The notes under the pieces: model-generated | What the model was told of the DNA's origin: nothing | The model's input: only the letters and a program-made list of their open reading frames with translations | Database searches by the model: none | Translations under genes and position numbers: made by a program | NCBI RefSeq assembly: GCF_041919135.1 | Contig: NZ_JAYRUJ010000011.1 | Coordinates: 8,786-72,785, forward strand | DNA length: 64,000 nucleotides | Reading direction: 5' to 3' | Source: Tabrizicola sp. | Lineage (GTDB): Bacteria; Pseudomonadota; Alphaproteobacteria; Rhodobacterales; Rhodobacteraceae | Part shown: positions 61,913 to 64,000 of the stretch, piece by piece | Numbering within the stretch: position 1 is the first letter of the stretch | Layout of the letters: each line of letters begins with the position of its first letter

Positions 61913-62326
61913 TCAGCCCGGCTGCCGCCAGGGCGAGGAGATCATCCAATGCGTCCCGAAGCGGTCCTTCACCATGCCGAATCCGTCGGACCAGAAGGTC
62001 GGCTGGAACTCCATGATCACCGCGCCGCCCTCGCCCAGGGCGGCAAAGACGCGGCGGGCCTCGGCCTCGGAAGCGGCCTCGTGGCTGGTCGACACCGCCT
62101 TCTGCGGATCGCCCGCCATCCCCGGCGGAAAGTCCGAGGCCATCAGGCTGCGGCCGCCGACGCGCAGGGTCGCATGCAGGATCAGGTCCGAACCCTGCAT
62201 CTCGGCCGGGGCCTCGGGCATCTGGGCATAGGTCATCATTTCCAGCGTGCCGCCGAACAGGTCGCGATAGGCCTCCAGCGCGGCGCGGGCATTGCCCTGG
62301 AAATGGATATAGGGGTCGAAACTCAT
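61913..62326 (-). CDS. VOC/PhnB family protein
   Basis: PYIHFQGNARAALE.Y, ILHATL, TFWSDGFGMVKDRFGTHW. Confidence 0.9.
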   Translation of the reverse strand: MSFDPYIHFQGNARAALEAYRDLFGGTLEMMTYAQMPEAPAEMQGSDLILHATLRVGGRSLMASDFPPGMAGDPQKAVSTSHEAASEAEARRVFAALGEGGAVIMEFQPTFWSDGFGMVKDRFGTHWMISSPWRQPG

Positions 62327-62430
62327 GGCGCACCTCCTGCCCGCCAGCCTACGCCCGGGGCCCGAGTCGCAGAAGCTTGATCCCGCCGCGTCCCCCCCGT
62401 AGAAGCGGCCCGTCGCCAGCGGAGGGTATC

Positions 62431-63528
62431 ATGGGTTTCAGAATGGGCATCGTCGGGCTGCCGAACGTGGGCAAGTCCACCCTCTTCAACGCGCTGACCC
62501 GCACGGCGGCGGCGCAGGCGGCGAACTTTCCCTTCTGCACCATCGAGCCCAACGTGGGCGAGGTCGCGGTCCCCGATGCGCGGCTGGACAAGCTGGCGGC
62601 GATCGCGGGCAGCAAGCAGATCATTCCGACGCGGATGACCTTCGTCGACATCGCGGGCCTGGTGCGCGGGGCATCGCGGGGCGAGGGCCTCGGCAACCAG
62701 TTCCTCGCCAATATCCGCGAATGCGACGCCATCGCCCATGTGCTGCGCTGCTTCGAGGATGGCGACATCACCCATGTCGAGGGCCGGATCGACCCGGTGG
62801 CCGATGCCGAGACCATCGAGACCGAGCTGATGCTGGCCGATCTGGAATCGATCGAGCGGCGCCGGGCGAACCTGGCGCGCAAGCTCAAGGGGGGCGACAA
62901 GGAAAGCCTGGACCAGGACCGGCTGCTGGAGCTGGCGCAGAAGGTGCTGGAGGAGGGCAGGCCCGCCCGCACGATCCAGGTCGCCGAGGATGACCAGAAG
63001 CAATGGCGGATGCTGCAGCTCCTGACCGCGAAGCCGGTGCTTTACGTCTGCAACGTCGAGGAGGCATCGGCCGCATCGGGCAACAGCCAGTCGGCCCGCG
63101 TGGCCGAGATGGCCGCGAAACAGGGCGCGGGCGCGGTGGTGATCTCGGCCCGGATCGAGGAGGAGCTGGCGCAGCTTCCCGAGGACGAGGCCGCGATGTT
63201 CCTGGAGGAGATGGGCCTGCACGAGGCCGGGCTCGACCGGCTGATCCGCGCGGGCCATGCGCTTCTGGGCCTGCAGACCTATTTCACCGTCGGCCCGAAG
63301 GAGGCCCGCGCCTGGACGATCCCGAAGGGCACGCTGGCGCCGCAGGCGGCCGGGGTGATCCATGGCGATTTCGAGAAGGGCTTCATCCGGGCCGAGACCA
63401 TCGCCTATGACGATTACATCGCCGGCAATGGCGAGGCGGGGGCCAAGGAGGCCGGCAAGTTCCGGGTGGAAGGCAAGACCTACGAGGTCAAGGACGGCGA
63501 CGTCCTGCATTTCCTGTTCAACGGCTGA
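62431..63528 (+). CDS. ychF: Redox-regulated ATPase YchF
   Basis: [30 protein letters not shown]-terminal TGS domain. Confidence 0.98.
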   Translation: MGFRMGIVGLPNVGKSTLFNALTRTAAAQAANFPFCTIEPNVGEVAVPDARLDKLAAIAGSKQIIPTRMTFVDIAGLVRGASRGEGLGNQFLANIRECDAIAHVLRCFEDGDITHVEGRIDPVADAETIETELMLADLESIERRRANLARKLKGGDKESLDQDRLLELAQKVLEEGRPARTIQVAEDDQKQWRMLQLLTAKPVLYVCNVEEASAASGNSQSARVAEMAAKQGAGAVVISARIEEELAQLPEDEAAMFLEEMGLHEAGLDRLIRAGHALLGLQTYFTVGPKEARAWTIPKGTLAPQAAGVIHGDFEKGFIRAETIAYDDYIAGNGEAGAKEAGKFRVEGKTYEVKDGDVLHFLFNG

Positions 63529-63551
63529 CGGCGGGGGCTCATCCGGGGGGC

Positions 63552-64000
63552 CTATCCCCGCAGGATCGCCCAGATGAAGCGCAGGCAGACGGCGGCCAGG
63601 AACAGGCCGAAGGCGGTTTCCAGGCGGCGGCGGCTCAGGCCATGGGCCAGCGCCACGCCGAAGCGGGTGGTCAGGATCGAGGTGGGGATCGTGAGCGCGA
63701 AGGTCGCCAGCGAGACGAAGCCGATCGCGTCCGCCGGCAGGTCGGCCCGTCCCCAGCCCGCCGCCATGTAGCCCAGCGTTCCGGGGATGGCGATCAGCAC
63801 CCCCACCCCCGCCGAGGTCGAGACCGCGCGGTGGATCGGGACGTCATGCAGCGTCAGGATCAGGGTCGAGACCGCGCCGCCGCCGATGCCCATCAGGGCG
63901 GAAACCAGCCCGACGCCGGCGCCATAGGCCCGCATCGCCGCCTTTCCGGGCAGGCTGTCGCGCAACCGCCAGCCCGAGCCTCCGGCCAGAAGCTTGGCGG
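63552..64000 (-). CDS. Sulfite exporter TauE/SafE family protein, 5' end outside the window
   Basis: SALMGIGGG, HRAVSTS, hydrophobic helices. Confidence 0.88.
   Translation of the reverse strand, partial: AKLLAGGSGWRLRDSLPGKAAMRAYGAGVGLVSALMGIGGGAVSTLILTLHDVPIHRAVSTSAGVGVLIAIPGTLGYMAAGWGRADLPADAIGFVSLATFALTIPTSILTTRFGVALAHGLSRRRLETAFGLFLAAVCLRFIWAILRG

Noticed and set aside
61913-62326. VOC gene between trpA and ychF as a mobile insertion
   Set aside because: No flanking repeats or compositional shift; single VOC genes are common accessory fillers

Overview
High-GC chromosomal window from a Rhodobacteraceae (Paracoccaceae)-type alphaproteobacterium, judged from gene content and order. It is dominated by housekeeping and central-metabolism genes: mdh, sdhCDAB, ethylmalonyl-CoA pathway genes (mcl2, mch, ecm, ccr), deoD, pyrD, tRNA-Gly(TCC), irr/fabA/fabB/fabI, gdhA, miaB, phoH, a frc-type sugar ABC locus, adenine deaminase, a leucine-degradation operon led by a fused 2-oxoacid:ferredoxin oxidoreductase, a Rieske oxygenase, a glutamine-synthetase-family/class III aminotransferase pair, an FMN hydroxy-acid dehydrogenase, trpA and ychF. 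I see no integrase, transposase, prophage, CRISPR array or rRNA. The most unusual items are: (1) a secreted Pro/Asp- and Gly/Asn-repeat protein behind a perfect CtrA box, with a possible ATA start; (2) the IOR-ivd-mccBA-hmgL-liuC operon; (3) a divergent SHMT-family enzyme with its own LysR regulator; (4) an OmpA protein and a lipoprotein sharing a 31-aa Cys-bracketed module; (5) several families of intergenic palindromic repeats. All family assignments come from motif recognition by eye; no database search was run.
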